Below, in pieces: positions 27,167 to 40,188 of a DNA stretch of 64,000 nt. A program made the translations under genes and the position numbers. Source of the stretch: Eledone cirrhosa (Eukaryota); contig OZ024741.1 in assembly GCA_964016885.1 (NCBI GenBank), positions 269,886,001-269,950,000 on the forward strand. The letters run 5' to 3'. The notes beneath the pieces are model-generated. The model was given only the letters and a program-made list of their open reading frames with translations, had not been told where the DNA came from and did no database searches. The first letter of the stretch is position 1; the number at the start of each line of letters is the position of its first letter.

Positions 27167-29121
27167 TTGGATGACTCAGATTCACTCCTTCCTCACAATC
27201 CAACACCTCACACCGACACCACCATTGTAAACATTGCTACGTTTGCCAACACTGGAATTGTAAGCAGTAGCAATATTTTAAATTTGTCTCAGGCAGACGT
27301 TCATTTCCCGCCATTACCAATGACTGCAGGTGTTACAGCCGCCACCACCACCACCACCGCGACAACCACCACCCCCACCACCACCCGAGCGACAACAGAA
27401 ACAAAAGAAAAAAATAAATTATCTCATGATATCGAAATGAATTCAACCAAAACGAACTATTCCACACCGAACACCACTGACGCCACCACCACCACAACTG
27501 AAACTAAAATTAACAATAGCAAAATTAACGATAATAACAACAGCAACAATGAAATTAAGAAAACTACCCTGAGTTTTGCCAGAGTAGCAAAAACGTGCGA
27601 AGCGATTCAGGTAACTCAGGAAGAATTAGACGAAGCCAAAGGAATGGTAAAGAAAGATGGGTACAGGGTCAGCCTCACCCCCACACCTAATAAAATGGAG
27701 CAACGTCGCTTATGCACCGTGTCTTATCGGACAATAAACATAAAATCGCGCCGAGTGGAACGGGCATCTGAGTCCCAAATCCCAAAAGCTTTGGGACATG
27801 TGTGGGCAAAAAAAACCCACATCAGACGTGGGCAGAAGTATGGAACCGTGGACGTGTTCTTTGAAACACCACAGGAGGCCAGAGAACACTCCATGGCCCT
27901 ATTAAGAAGTGACGACTTCACACTCATCCCAAGCTATTGTGGCCAGAGACTTGTGAAGATCAGGGTGACCCACGTTCCACCGGCCATCGAAATTCCCTGG
28001 CTAATGGCTGCCGTCCTCGCCGGCATCGAGGCCAACACCAAAATAATACAAATAGCAAAAGAAAAGCAGGAGAACTGGTCCGGATGTGGGATGGAGCTCC
28101 TGATCCAAGCGGACCATAAAAGCATTGAAGAGATCCCAGAGGTAATAGACCTCACTGACGGCAGCCACCTCACCGTAATCGTCGAGGGCAGAAGACCTAG
28201 GTGTGTCGTCTGTGGTGAAGGAACCCACCTAAGGGCTTTCTGCCCTCAGGCTAAAAGGTTGAGGCCACCTCTCTTACCCACCCCAGTGACTCAACCATCA
28301 ACACCACCAGCAGCAGAAATAGCAGCAACAACTGTAGCAGCAACAACAGAAGCAACTGTATCAGCAACAACCCCAGCAACAGTAGCAAAACCAACATCAC
28401 CACCACCCAACGCCCCAGAACTAGCACCAGCGCCTACACCATCCACCACGCCACAACCAAAACCAACGCCTGTGGAGGATTTTCCACTCCCCGGCTTATC
28501 GCAACTGGAGACAGATTGTGACGACGAGGAGTGGGAAACGGTATCAGGAAAAAAGAAAAAAAAAGAAACCAAAAAAGAAAAAATTCTCTTCCTTCCCCCT
28601 CAAAAAACAAAATACAGAGGGAAACAAATAATTTATCGAACAAGAAAGTTAAGACAGATATGCCACCATCCACACCAGCATCACCAACCCCATCACCACA
28701 AACACCAACACCATCACCATCATTAACCCCAACACCACCATCACCAACACCACAAAAGTCACCAAAAAGCGTAACAGAAACAAACCCACAACAAACGCAA
28801 ACAAAACAAAACAACCAAAACGATACACACTACACAGCCTTAAATTTGAACAACAACCAATTATTACACTACATGCAACACAACACCAGCATCACAGAAA
28901 AAGACTACACAACAACCCAAAAGTTCACACCACCTCCACACATACAAATCACTCGCATCACACAGAAAACGTACACGACACTAAAACAAAAATTCCCCAA
29001 AGACATCGGAGACTTCCGACAAACACTCTCCAGGAGGATTTATAAGGACATCCTTCCGGAGGAGGCTACAAGCAGTGAAAAGGATGGACAAACCATCCTT
29101 CCTCTACGAGAAGTAAGGTAA
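27167..29121 (+). CDS. LINE ORF1 (CCHC zinc knuckle, Pro/Thr-rich), apparent frameshift in the A-run at ~28550-28582
   Basis: VEGRRPRCVVCGEGTHLRAFC knuckle. ORFs 27167-28726 and 28531-29121 overlap at the A-run. The start codon is uncertain. Confidence 0.75.
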
Positions 29122-29155
29122 GTGGTCTTTCCCATCTTTTCCATTCCGTTTCAAC

Positions 29156-32100
29156 ATGACCTCACTCAAAATAGGCAGCATAAATGCGCGTGGCTTTGGG
29201 TCGTCATGGAAGCAGGGCCACCTGCTCAACGACCTCAGGTCACTAAACATAGATGTAGTGGCCATCAGCGAGACCAGAATCTCCGAAGCACGGGCCTTCG
29301 CACCGATCTTCGGCGGCTACGATGTGTACGCATCTCCCAGCCGTCGTGGATCGGGGGGAGGAGTTGCTGTGCTTTTTCGGAGAGGTTTGGATCTCGCCAT
29401 ACGGGCCATCTTCCTGGACCCAGAAGGTAAGTTGGTGGTGCTAGACGTGACCAGCGGAGACGGGCAAGCTTTCAGGCTAGTGGCCGTCTATGCCCCGACA
29501 GGAGCAGGGCGGCCTGATTTCTTCCGGCGTCTGGAGACTTTTCTTGGAACGTCCCGCTCTTTAGTGTTAGTGGGCGACTGGAACGGGATCTTAGATGCAC
29601 GCTGGGACTGTGTGGGATTAGCGGATAGGGGAGGAGGGTGCAAGAGCCTCACCAACCTGCTCAGGCGTTTGGAACTGTCTGACAGGTGCCGATTGGATTT
29701 CCCGAATGTGCCAATATGGACTTGGACAAATCGCATAGGGTCATCCAGATCATATCTAGTTAGAGTATTTTGTAGAGAAATAGATAGGTCTAGCATAGGC
29801 TGTCCACAATTAAAGATAGTCAGCTACACGGACCACAAATTCGTGATCTATGTACTTGACATAGATAAGCTTCATAGACGAGGACCCGGCTACTGGAAGC
29901 TAAACGCGTCCTTACCAGCGCGTAAGGCCTACAGAGACTGGATTAGCGAACTAGTTAAGCGGGCGTTGACGGGGACCATCGTCAACAAGTGGTGGTTTGC
30001 TCTGAAAAGAGCAATTAGAATAGAGTCCATTAGGTTTAGTAAGGCTTTAGCAATAGAGAAAAATAGAACAGAGGGAGAATTAGTTAGAAAATTAGACGAG
30101 GCGCTTAGCAAAGGCATCGCGAAGGACGTACTTGTGGCGAAATTGGCCCTTGACCAACTCTTCAATGCAAAGCACGAAGGCTGCGTTGTCAGAGCTAGGG
30201 TGCGTGCTCTCAGACACGAGGGGACGAAAGCCGTTCAATGGACCCGAGTGGCGGAGGCGCATCGTGGCAACAAAGCCACGATCCGCTCTTTGGTGGACCA
30301 CGACGGGCGCATGCTACTCGATCCCGAGCAAATGTGTGAAGCTTTTCAGCGACACTTCGCTCAGTTGTTCGGGGGCAGCGGCGGGCCGGATCGAGGGATG
30401 GACTTTAGTGTCTACCTCGACGGACTGCCGCGGCTCTCGGCCACTGAGGCGGAGTGTTGCGAAAAGCCGATAACAGCCGCTGAAGTACGGGAGGCAATGA
30501 CTAGCTGCACAAGGGATAAATCGCCTGGTTTGGATGGTCTGCCCTATGAACTTTACGTACAGATGCCAGACTTGTTCGGAGGCCTCTTGGCGGACGTCTA
30601 CTGCAACTGGCAACAGAACGGGAGAATTCCCAGCTCTGTGAGCCGAGGAGCTGTGGCGCTGCTGAGAAAGGATCCGAACAAGGGGCATAATATAGATAAT
30701 TTTAGGCCCATAACTCTGCTAAACACAGAGTTCAAGATTTTGGCCAAGGTGCTAGCAAAGAGGTTGGCGCTTGTCGTTGGTGGTCTGGTGGGAGAGGCGC
30801 AGACATGCGCCATTCCCGACAGATCCATCCACGACAACCTCCACCTCATGCGATACATCGTAGAAAGGGTAGCTAGGGAACCTGGCACGGGTGGGTCCTT
30901 GATCAATTTAGATCAGTCGAAAGCTTTCGATAGGGTCGACCATCGTTACCTAGCGGCAGTCCTGAAGGCGGCTGGCTTTGGGACCGTCTTCAGAGGCTGG
31001 ATCACTGCCATGCACAGCGACATCTGCTCTGTGGTGAGAGTGAACGGTCACCTTTCAGAACCGTTTAACATCATGCGCTCGGTCCGCCAAGGATGTCCCC
31101 TCTCGTCCCTCTTGTACGTATTGACTCTCGAGCCATTACTGCACAAACTGGAGACGTTGAGGGGGGTCCCGCGCGAACTAGGATGCGGAAGATCCGTGTC
31201 AGCATATGCCGACGATGTCACCGTAGTGGTGTCGAACGCAAAACACATCGAGGCGATCGGCACTACGCTAAGAGAATACGAAGCGGTGACAGGAGCAATG
31301 ATCAACCAGCAAAAGTCAGTGGGCCTGCAGCTCGGCACCTGGAGAGGCAGGTCCATGCCGTCCAACAGCGTCGTCGGGCGCTGGCCGGACGGACCAGTTA
31401 AATTGCTCGGGGTCTGGTTCGATCCGGATCTCCAGACGGACAAAAACTGGGACGAGGTGACGAGCAGGGTGGCACCTCTCACCCAGAAATGGGCCGAGAG
31501 GAAGCTATCCCTGAAAGGTCGAGCGGAGGTGGCTAACGCATATATCGCGTCCGTCATCTACTACCGCCTGACCGTCGTACCTTGTCTTAAGCCCCGCCTG
31601 ACTGCGCTGGAGCGTTTGCTCTTTCGCTTTTTGTGGAAAGGACGCGCTCCGATGGTCAGGCAGTCCATCTGCTGTCAACACCCGCTACGTGGAGGGCTGG
31701 GAATGCCGTGGCTGATGATGCGCAGACACGCGCTCAGGCTACGACATCTCCACCTCTTCCTCGACGGTGATCAGGTGTGGTCTCCGTTTGCTAGACACGT
31801 CTTTCCCCAGCTCGTCTCCTTGACGGAGCTGCAGTCCTGGGTCAAGCGAAGACCGAGAGGGAGCGCTTGGAGGCTGGAATGTCTTCAGGCGCTCACAGCC
31901 CTCGACCAATCGGGCAATGTGATCGGTGGAAACTCCACCTTGGCGTTCTATAGAGGATTAGTGGAGGGGAAGAGCGACGACGTACTTGGGGAAACTCTAG
32001 GCGTCGACGAAAATCAACTAGCCAATCTCTTCGGAAGAACTTTCGGGCCGAGGCCTATGGACAACTTCCAGAAATCCCTGGCCTGGCAGTGCTACCGAGG

Positions 32101-32572
32101 AGCTTTGCTAGTTCGGGATAAACTCTACAGGCATGGAGGTGCCGTCAGCCGGGCATGTCCGCGATGCGCGCAGGGCGACGAAACCGTCCTGCACGCACTC
32201 GTCCAGTGTCCGAGCTTTGCTGACTTGTGGGTTTATGTCGAACACCTGCTGTCGCGTGTAGGACGGATCCAGCTATCAGCTGAGTCCATCGTGAGGATTG
32301 CCCCGCCCTCTACCTTTAGCCGGGAAGGGCAGGCAGTTTTTATCTGTCTGGTGGCCATGGCGAAAGAGATAGTATGGTGGACACTTTTGAAAGGGCTGAA
32401 GACGAGCACTTACCTCTTCGGTGATGCCCTGATTAACTTTTTCAAATTTCATTTGAAAAGGAAAATCAGAGTAGAAAGGGAAGTGCTCTCTTCCCAGCAT
32501 TTTGTTGAAAGATGGGTGAGAGAAGCAAGAATGGCCCGAGTGAATGGGTCTACTCTGAGTACGTGTCTGTAA
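29156..32572 (+). CDS. LINE ORF2: AP endonuclease + reverse transcriptase + C-terminal Cys/His finger (1138 aa, open)
   Basis: SINARG, ISETR, GDWN, TDH (APE); KSPGLDG, FRPITLLN, LDQSKAFDRV, RQGCPLS, AYADD (RT); CPRC..H..QC. Confidence 0.95.
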   Translation: MTSLKIGSINARGFGSSWKQGHLLNDLRSLNIDVVAISETRISEARAFAPIFGGYDVYASPSRRGSGGGVAVLFRRGLDLAIRAIFLDPEGKLVVLDVTSGDGQAFRLVAVYAPTGAGRPDFFRRLETFLGTSRSLVLVGDWNGILDARWDCVGLADRGGGCKSLTNLLRRLELSDRCRLDFPNVPIWTWTNRIGSSRSYLVRVFCREIDRSSIGCPQLKIVSYTDHKFVIYVLDIDKLHRRGPGYWKLNASLPARKAYRDWISELVKRALTGTIVNKWWFALKRAIRIESIRFSKALAIEKNRTEGELVRKLDEALSKGIAKDVLVAKLALDQLFNAKHEGCVVRARVRALRHEGTKAVQWTRVAEAHRGNKATIRSLVDHDGRMLLDPEQMCEAFQRHFAQLFGGSGGPDRGMDFSVYLDGLPRLSATEAECCEKPITAAEVREAMTSCTRDKSPGLDGLPYELYVQMPDLFGGLLADVYCNWQQNGRIPSSVSRGAVALLRKDPNKGHNIDNFRPITLLNTEFKILAKVLAKRLALVVGGLVGEAQTCAIPDRSIHDNLHLMRYIVERVAREPGTGGSLINLDQSKAFDRVDHRYLAAVLKAAGFGTVFRGWITAMHSDICSVVRVNGHLSEPFNIMRSVRQGCPLSSLLYVLTLEPLLHKLETLRGVPRELGCGRSVSAYADDVTVVVSNAKHIEAIGTTLREYEAVTGAMINQQKSVGLQLGTWRGRSMPSNSVVGRWPDGPVKLLGVWFDPDLQTDKNWDEVTSRVAPLTQKWAERKLSLKGRAEVANAYIASVIYYRLTVVPCLKPRLTALERLLFRFLWKGRAPMVRQSICCQHPLRGGLGMPWLMMRRHALRLRHLHLFLDGDQVWSPFARHVFPQLVSLTELQSWVKRRPRGSAWRLECLQALTALDQSGNVIGGNSTLAFYRGLVEGKSDDVLGETLGVDENQLANLFGRTFGPRPMDNFQKSLAWQCYRGALLVRDKLYRHGGAVSRACPRCAQGDETVLHALVQCPSFADLWVYVEHLLSRVGRIQLSAESIVRIAPPSTFSREGQAVFICLVAMAKEIVWWTLLKGLKTSTYLFGDALINFFKFHLKRKIRVEREVLSSQHFVERWVREARMARVNGSTLSTCL

Positions 32573-32904
32573 ATTAAAGGTAGAAAACTGGGAGAGGGCA
32601 CTTGCCCTGGTGGTCAGGGTCACTGTGGCTTTTTAATGGGCTTTCTCCACAAATGTCCCTCGGAAGTCTCCCCCCTATTGGGGAATTTTTCATTGTTCTA
32701 TTATTACATCCTCTGTTTCTTTTTTTTACACGCAGAAATGCCCATTTGTACTGCCCTGTATTGTCCTGTACTGTCCTTAATGTCTACTTTATGTAAACCC
32801 TTGTGGTTAATAAAGAAATCATTATTATTGTTGTTATTATTATTATTATTATTGTTATTAATGCATGTGTGTGTGTATATATGTATATGTATATGTGTAT
32901 ATAT

Positions 32905-33466
32905 ATAAACAATTAAGTTAAAAATGTACATCTACATATGTATACGGAAATATTAGTATGCATATAAATACACACATGTATACATATTTGTTTTTATCGT
33001 TTCCGCTGAACCGGTGCGTACAATGACTCACGTTCTATGCAAATTAGTCTGCCCACTACTAATTTTCATAGAAAAAGCATATAACGATATGTGCTTTTAC
33101 GATTCTCTAGAGAAGCCGGAAGATGGGTATATATTGCTGATGAGATGTAATAACATCGAAACTAGTCCAATATTCCTGCCTGGCTCTCTGGAGAATAGAG
33201 GAAATGTGTTTCCTTGAAAACCCGTATGACTCTAAAACCCGGTTTGTCTGTTTGGTCACATACAGACTAGCTGGACACTCACAGTAAAGTGTCCAGTGAA
33301 AAACTCAGTACATGTACATATGTATACATGTGTGTATTTATATGCATACTAATATTTCCGTATACATATGTAGATGTACACTTTTAACTTAATTGTTTAA
33401 GCGTCAGTCATACAAAAGTGAGTTAGAAGCGAAACGAAATTTAATTTCGTTTCGTTATTTGTTTTT

Positions 33467-33470
<4 letters not shown>
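32905..33470 (+). mobile_element. Family J: ~85-bp terminal inverted arms enclosing a hairpin-rich core with a canonical hammerhead
   Basis: Arms ~32905-32988 / ~33317-33400, tail to 33470, then (TA)n. Confidence 0.75.
33131..33173 (+). ncRNA. Canonical-core minimal type I hammerhead ribozyme
   Basis: ATATTG-CTGATGA-GATGT aata ACATC-GAAA-CTAG-TC-CAATAT. 6-bp stem I, 5-bp stem II, palindromic ACTAGT stem III, GUC triplet. Confidence 0.9.
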
Positions 33471-33564
<94 letters not shown>

Positions 33565-33718
33565 TATATATATATATTTCTTTTTTTTAATTTTTATTTT
33601 ATTTTTTATTTTTATTTTTTTATCTCCTCGTGCAATGGCCATACTCGATAACGAGGGGGCAGCCATCATGTATGTATGTATGTATGTATGTATGTATGTA
33701 TGTATGTATGTATGTATG

Positions 33719-36700
33719 TTCTTCTGGTTTTATAATTTCACAAATTTTTACCAATAGAGAGAGAGTCGGTTTCTAACATAGACACAAGACTCTCTCATTG
33801 AAATTTACACAACATCAACTAGGTAGATATGTATGTATGCATGTGTAGATATGGATGTTATTGTATGTGTGGATGTGGATGTTTTGAGTTGTATGTGTAT
33901 ATGTGTATATGCTTTGCATCTGCACATGTGTATATGCAGTTATTAGATGCAAAATTTTTGGAATGTTTTACATATTTTTACTGTTCCATTACTGGATTGT
34001 ACTTGTAATTTCCTAACTAGTTGTGTTCTTTCTGTTCCTGTGAAGCCTAGCTTCTCAAGATTTGTATTGAGGCAGTTACTAACATATCGCAGTGCCCCAA
34101 TAATCACAGCCATAAATCTGAAGGTGTACTCAGGGTGGAGTATCTGCAGATTTTTCATCAGTTCTGCATAAATATTCTCCTTTTCACTAATCTTTGATAT
34201 TATATTGGCATCTGCTGGGCAGCTAATTTCCACTACTGTGCATGTTTTCTTCTCCCTGTCCCATATCATAATATCTGGTCTGTTATGCCTGCATTTTATT
34301 GGGGTTTTTACTGGAACATTCCACCAGTACTCTTTCATACCATGTACATGGATGTCCTCCACATTGTTGTAGCTTTTAATGTGTTTATTATCGGGGCTAT
34401 CTTTTTTACGAACTGCATTGTACAGTGTTTTGGCCACTACATCATGCCTCATAGGTAGATAGTACCGCGATGACATCTTTGGACAGTTGTTGATGACATG
34501 AGTGATATCCTCGATGTTAGTTCTGCAGAGTCTGCACTTGTTATCACATCTAGGTGTTTTGCCTGCATCCCTATCTCTTTTGTGAATCAGGTATTTCGTG
34601 TTAATCTCCTGTTCTTGGATTGCAAAAGCGTATCCTTCAAAGTGGGAGCCAATATAGCGGTTGTTGGTCCAAGATAGATAACTTTCCTTATCTATATTAC
34701 TCTCACTCTGGAGCTTCCTGGCAACATATCCATGCATTATTTTTTGCTGATAAGTATGCAGTTTCATCCATGGATTCACTGCAATACTGCTGAGCGACTT
34801 CCCTGGGTGTGAGTTTTTGATTATCACACAGGGAATATCTCTCGAGGAGATCCTTCCCAACTTACATGATCTTATCTGTTTCATGCAAATAGACTTGCTC
34901 GAGAAACGGGCTCCTACGCTTCGAGGTTCGTACATGTTGTCGGAGAGATATGATGCGACATTTAAATGTTGTCTGGACTGATGTTAGGCCTCTGCCTCCC
35001 TGCTTACGTTTCAAGTAAAGGCGGTCTATGTCACTGTTGATGTGGAAGTTTCAGGTGTTGTTTAGTATTTTTCGAGTTCCAACTTCAACTGCTCGAATTT
35101 CGTCTATCGTCCAATTGAGTATTCCAAACGTTGGTGTTAGGACAAGCACAGCAAACACATTGTAAGCCACTGTTTTGTTTTGCGCAGAGAGTTCCGATGA
35201 CCAGATCTTTCTTAATCGGGTGTAGTATTCCCTGGTTACGCGTTCTTTATTACAGATACCATTATAGGATATGTTCTCATCTATCCCCAGGTATCTGTAG
35301 CAGTCCTCATCAGATATCGGTAAAACAGTTAGACCATTGATGACAATGTTGCTAGATTGTTTCTTTTTCCCGCTTTACAGTCATATATGAGCATTTATCT
35401 TGGCCAAACTCCATTCCTATATCCTTTGAGAACGTTGTAACCAAGTCAAGATTTTTCTTCATCCCATCCATGTTCTTGGCATAGAGTTTCAGATCGTCCA
35501 CAAAGAAATTATGGTTTAGGTTCGTATTTCTGTCCTCCTGTGAGCCAATGATGTATCCCTCACATTTTTTGAGCAGAAAGGACAAGGGGTTTAATGACAA
35601 GATGAATAATATCACAGAGAGACTGTCCCCCTGAAATATACCCCTGCAATATTTTATTTTATCTGTGAAAATAGAGTCCTCCCTCTCTGTCTTTAACCTT
35701 AGGATAGTAGCCCAAGAAGAAGACAGCCTCTCTATGGCTCTGACAATAATGTCTGGGACTTTAGCAATTTGGAGGGCCTCTATCATCCAAGAGTGGGGAA
35801 CAGAATCGAAAGCTTTCCTGTAGTCCAGCCAGACTGTAGCCATATTCCTCCTAAGTTGTCGCACCTCTGACATCGCAGTTTTGTTGATTAGGAGTTGTTC
35901 AGCACATCCCCAAACCCCTTTCTTTCCAGCTGCTTGTTCATCTGTGATGATGCTATTATTTTCACAGTGATCTTGGAGGAATAGGTTCAGGCAGGCTGTA
36001 TACATCTTATACAAGTTCTGGCATGCAATGGGTCGGTAGTTTTTTGCCAAATGGGTGTCTTTGTTCTTAGGGACCAGTAATGTTTGTGCTAATGTCAACC
36101 ATTTTGGTATAAGTGTATCTCCCTTAAGAACTTGTTGGTAGAGGTCAGTAAGATACCTCCGATAGAATATCATTTTTTTGTACCAGTAGCCGACAATCAT
36201 GTCTCTTCCTGGTGTTTTCTTATCTTGGAGTTTTCCTATCACAGTCTCCAGTCTTTTCGTATGTTTTTGTTGTAGTGTAGGAGCAATAGTTCTTTCGGAT
36301 TTCTCTTAGCCACACTGCTTCTTGGTTGAAATTCTTCTTTTCACCCTATATTTTGCTCCAAAAGGAATCTATGTCTTTCTGGGATGGGGCCTCAGTGACA
36401 CTTATTAATTTGCCCTTCATATCTCTATAGACTGATGTTTGGTTTCGTCTGAATCTTTTATTAAGAACTTTTCTCTCATCTACCTTCTTCAGGTATCGGC
36501 GTTTTTCGCTAACAGCTCTCAATTCTTGTTTGAGGGTGATCAGCTTATATTGGAGAGTTCTGGTTCTACTGTTACCAAACATTATCTCTATTTTATTTTT
36601 CACTCTTTGTTGGTGAGGAGTGAGGGTTTTTTTGTGTTTGTGTGCATGTAAGGAGCATTGTCACATATCCTATATGTTTTCGTAGGTCAGCACTCTTTTT

Positions 36701-37820
36701 TCTATTTTAGTTATATATGATGGTATTTTTGGTGGTGTTCTGTTCTTGTTAATATCTCTGCTATCAACAAGATAATGCTCCACTGTCGTTGCTAAGGCAT
36801 ATAAACAGGCGTTGATTTGCCAAAATGTTGGGGTTTTTATCTGTCGTAAATATTCATCCCCTATTTCGTCAATAACACGTAATATTTCATTATTTGTTTT
36901 TTTTTATTAAACATTGTCGTTTTAATACGTTCAGCAAGAGAGATATTTATACATGAATTAATTTCTCTCTTGAAGTTTTCTTCGGGGGAAAATTTCAATC
37001 GTTTATACTTTTGATTATTATCATTATCGATAGTATTTTCTATAACAGCCGAGGTAGACTCGGATGGTACACGTGGTGTAAAATTTCTTAGATTATTATT
37101 ATTATTTCTTCGATTATTATTATTATCGATAGTGTTTTCCCCAGCAATTGAGGTAGACTTAGATCGTACAAGGGGTGTCAAGTTTCTTACAGACATAGTT
37201 GTTTCAATGCACTGTTCGACCTGGCTGCTAGGAGGTCTAGTAGCATGGCGACCTGTAGCACGTGTTGTTGGGGACTTACAATTAATAATATTTATCTTAT
37301 TTTTACGTTCAACAAACGTCGCTTGTTGGCGTAATTGTTTCGCTGTGAAATAATTTAGCTCTGGGTGTATTTCGTCCCAATGTAGCTTCATTTGCTTCAT
37401 ATAGCCAATGGAGGGGTTGTTTTTTGCCATTTTATAACAATTAAATAAATCATTATTAAGTTCGCAACTCCAAGAGAAATGCGATTTATAATTTCGGTTT
37501 CTTCTGTAGCTACAACTGAATAAAGTTTGTTTACCTTCCTCGTTATTTGTCTTCGGTACTTCCTTAATTTTGTTGTTGATGTTGTGTTCAGCCATGCTGT
37601 TTGTAGCAAATCCTTGTAAAATGAATTATGTATTTAGTCGGATATCTCTCCGAATTCGAATAAAATGTCTCTTCAGAAGATATAGTTACAAGAATAACCA
37701 GTTATTCAACATGACTGTAGTTGTGGCATTACTGTCGGGGATAGTATTCATCTTAAATTTAATAAATAGTCTCCCACGCCAAAATATGCGACTGATCGCG
37801 TTGACTGTATATGTTGACTG
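33719..37820 (-). mobile_element. Near full-length, decayed RLE non-LTR retrotransposon (R4/Dong-like) in (CATA)n
   Basis: ORF pieces 36861-37595 (N-terminal W..N..CY..GYMKQMKLHW), 35352-36242 (YRPIAC, LDYRKAFDSV, GIFQGDSLS, FVDDLKLY) and 33943-34935 (CRLC..H..C, RHD, RPDIMIWD..VEISCP, KENIY). Broken by stops and frameshifts. Confidence 0.85.
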
Positions 37821-37894
37821 TATGTATGTATGTATATTTGTATGTATGAATGAATGTATGTATGTGTGCATATATGTATGTATGTATTATATAT

Positions 37895-37975
<81 letters not shown>

Positions 37976-37988
37976 CATATATATATAT

Positions 37989-38192
<204 letters not shown>

Positions 38193-38259
38193 ATATATAT
38201 ATATTGGCAGAACATAAGACGATTACAAAGTGATCAATACAAAGAAGGTGAACGATAAA

Positions 38260-38306
38260 AGAAGAAGAAGAAGAAGAAGAAGAAGAAGAAGAAGAAGAAG
38301 AAGAAG

Positions 38307-38355
<49 letters not shown>

Positions 38356-38359
38356 ACAA

Positions 38360-38395
<36 letters not shown>

Positions 38396-38496
38396 ATTTA
38401 TTTTAAAATATGAAACAAAAGAAGAAATCAGAAGTGAAAGGTTTTCGTAATGGTTTTATCTCTTCTACCACCACTACTACTACTACTACTACTATA

Positions 38497-38552
<56 letters not shown>

Positions 38553-38627
38553 ACTACTATAACCACTACTACTATTACTACTACTACTACTACTAGTACT
38601 ACTACTACCACCATCACTACTACGCCA

Positions 38628-38674
<47 letters not shown>

Positions 38675-38734
38675 TACTACTACTACTACTATTACCACCA
38701 CTACTAATACTACTACCATACCACTACTATTACC

Positions 38735-38769
<35 letters not shown>

Positions 38770-40110
38770 TACTACTACCACCGCTACCACTACTAATACC
38801 ACTACTACTACTATAACCACTACTACTACTACCACTACTACAACTACTACTACAACCACTACTACTACTACCACTAATACTACTACCACTACTACTACCA
38901 CCACTACTACTATAACTACTACTACCACCAGCACTACTACTACTACTACTAGCACTACTACTACCACTACCACACCTACTACCACCACCACTACCTCCAC
39001 TACCACTACCACTACCACCTACACCACTACCACGGCCACCTACGGCACTACTACCTACACCACAACCACTATTACCTACACCACTACCATTAGTACCACT
39101 ACCACTACCACTGCCACCACTACCTCCACCACCACCACCACCACCACTAACTCCACTACCACCTCCACCATCTCCACCTCCACCACCACCACACAAACTA
39201 CCTCCACTACCACTACCACTACCAGCTACACCACTCCACTACCACCTCCACTACCACCTCCACCACCTCCACCACCACAATCACCACTATCACCACCATT
39301 ACCTCCACTACCACCACCACCACTGCCACCTCCATGATGTCCTCAATCCTCTCTACAACATCCTCTACCACCACAACCACATCACCTCCACCACCACTAC
39401 CTCCACTACCTCCTCCACCATTACCACCACCACCTCTACTTCCACTACCTCCGCCAACACTACCACCACTACCACGACTACCTCCACTACCTCCGCCACC
39501 ACTACCACCACTACCTCCTCCACCACTACCACCACCACACCAGTACCTCCACTACCTCCGCCACCACTACCACCACTACCACCACTACCTCCACTACCTC
39601 CGCCACCACTACCACCACACCTCTACCTCCGCCACCACTACCACCACTACCACGACTACCACGACTACCTTCACTACCTCCGCCACCACTACCACCACTA
39701 CCACGACTACCTCCACTACCTCCGCCACCACTACCACCACTACCTCCACAATCTCCACCACCACTACCATCACTACCTCCGCCACCACTACCACCACTAC
39801 CCCCACTACCTCCGCCACTACTATCACCACTACCTCCTCCACCACAACCACCACCACACCAGTACCTCCACTACCTCCGCCACCACTAACACCACCACCA
39901 CCACTACCTCCACTACCTCCACCACCACTACCACCACCACCTCTACCTCCACTACCTCCGCCACCGCTACCACCACCACCACTTCTACCACAACTACCTA
40001 CGCCACCACTACCTCCACTACCTCCTCCACCACTGCCACTACCACCACCACTGCCTCCATGATGTCCTCAATCCCCTCTACAACATCCTCTACCACCACC
40101 ACCACTGCCT
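38260..40110. repeat. Compound trinucleotide repeats (AAG, AAC, ACT, ACC)
   Basis: Low complexity. Confidence 0.95.
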
Positions 40111-40147
40111 CTTCCACTCTATCTATCTATCTATCAATCTATGTATT

Positions 40148-40181
<34 letters not shown>

Positions 40182-40188
40182 CTATCTA

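Larger units (their letters stand above)
26950..32820 (+). mobile_element. Full-length Tx1/L1-group LINE in an (ATT)n tract
   Basis: ORF1 + ORF2 + 3' UTR with AATAAA. The 21-bp string attattattgttgttattatt lies on both flanks (26929-26949, 32821-32841). Confidence 0.9.
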
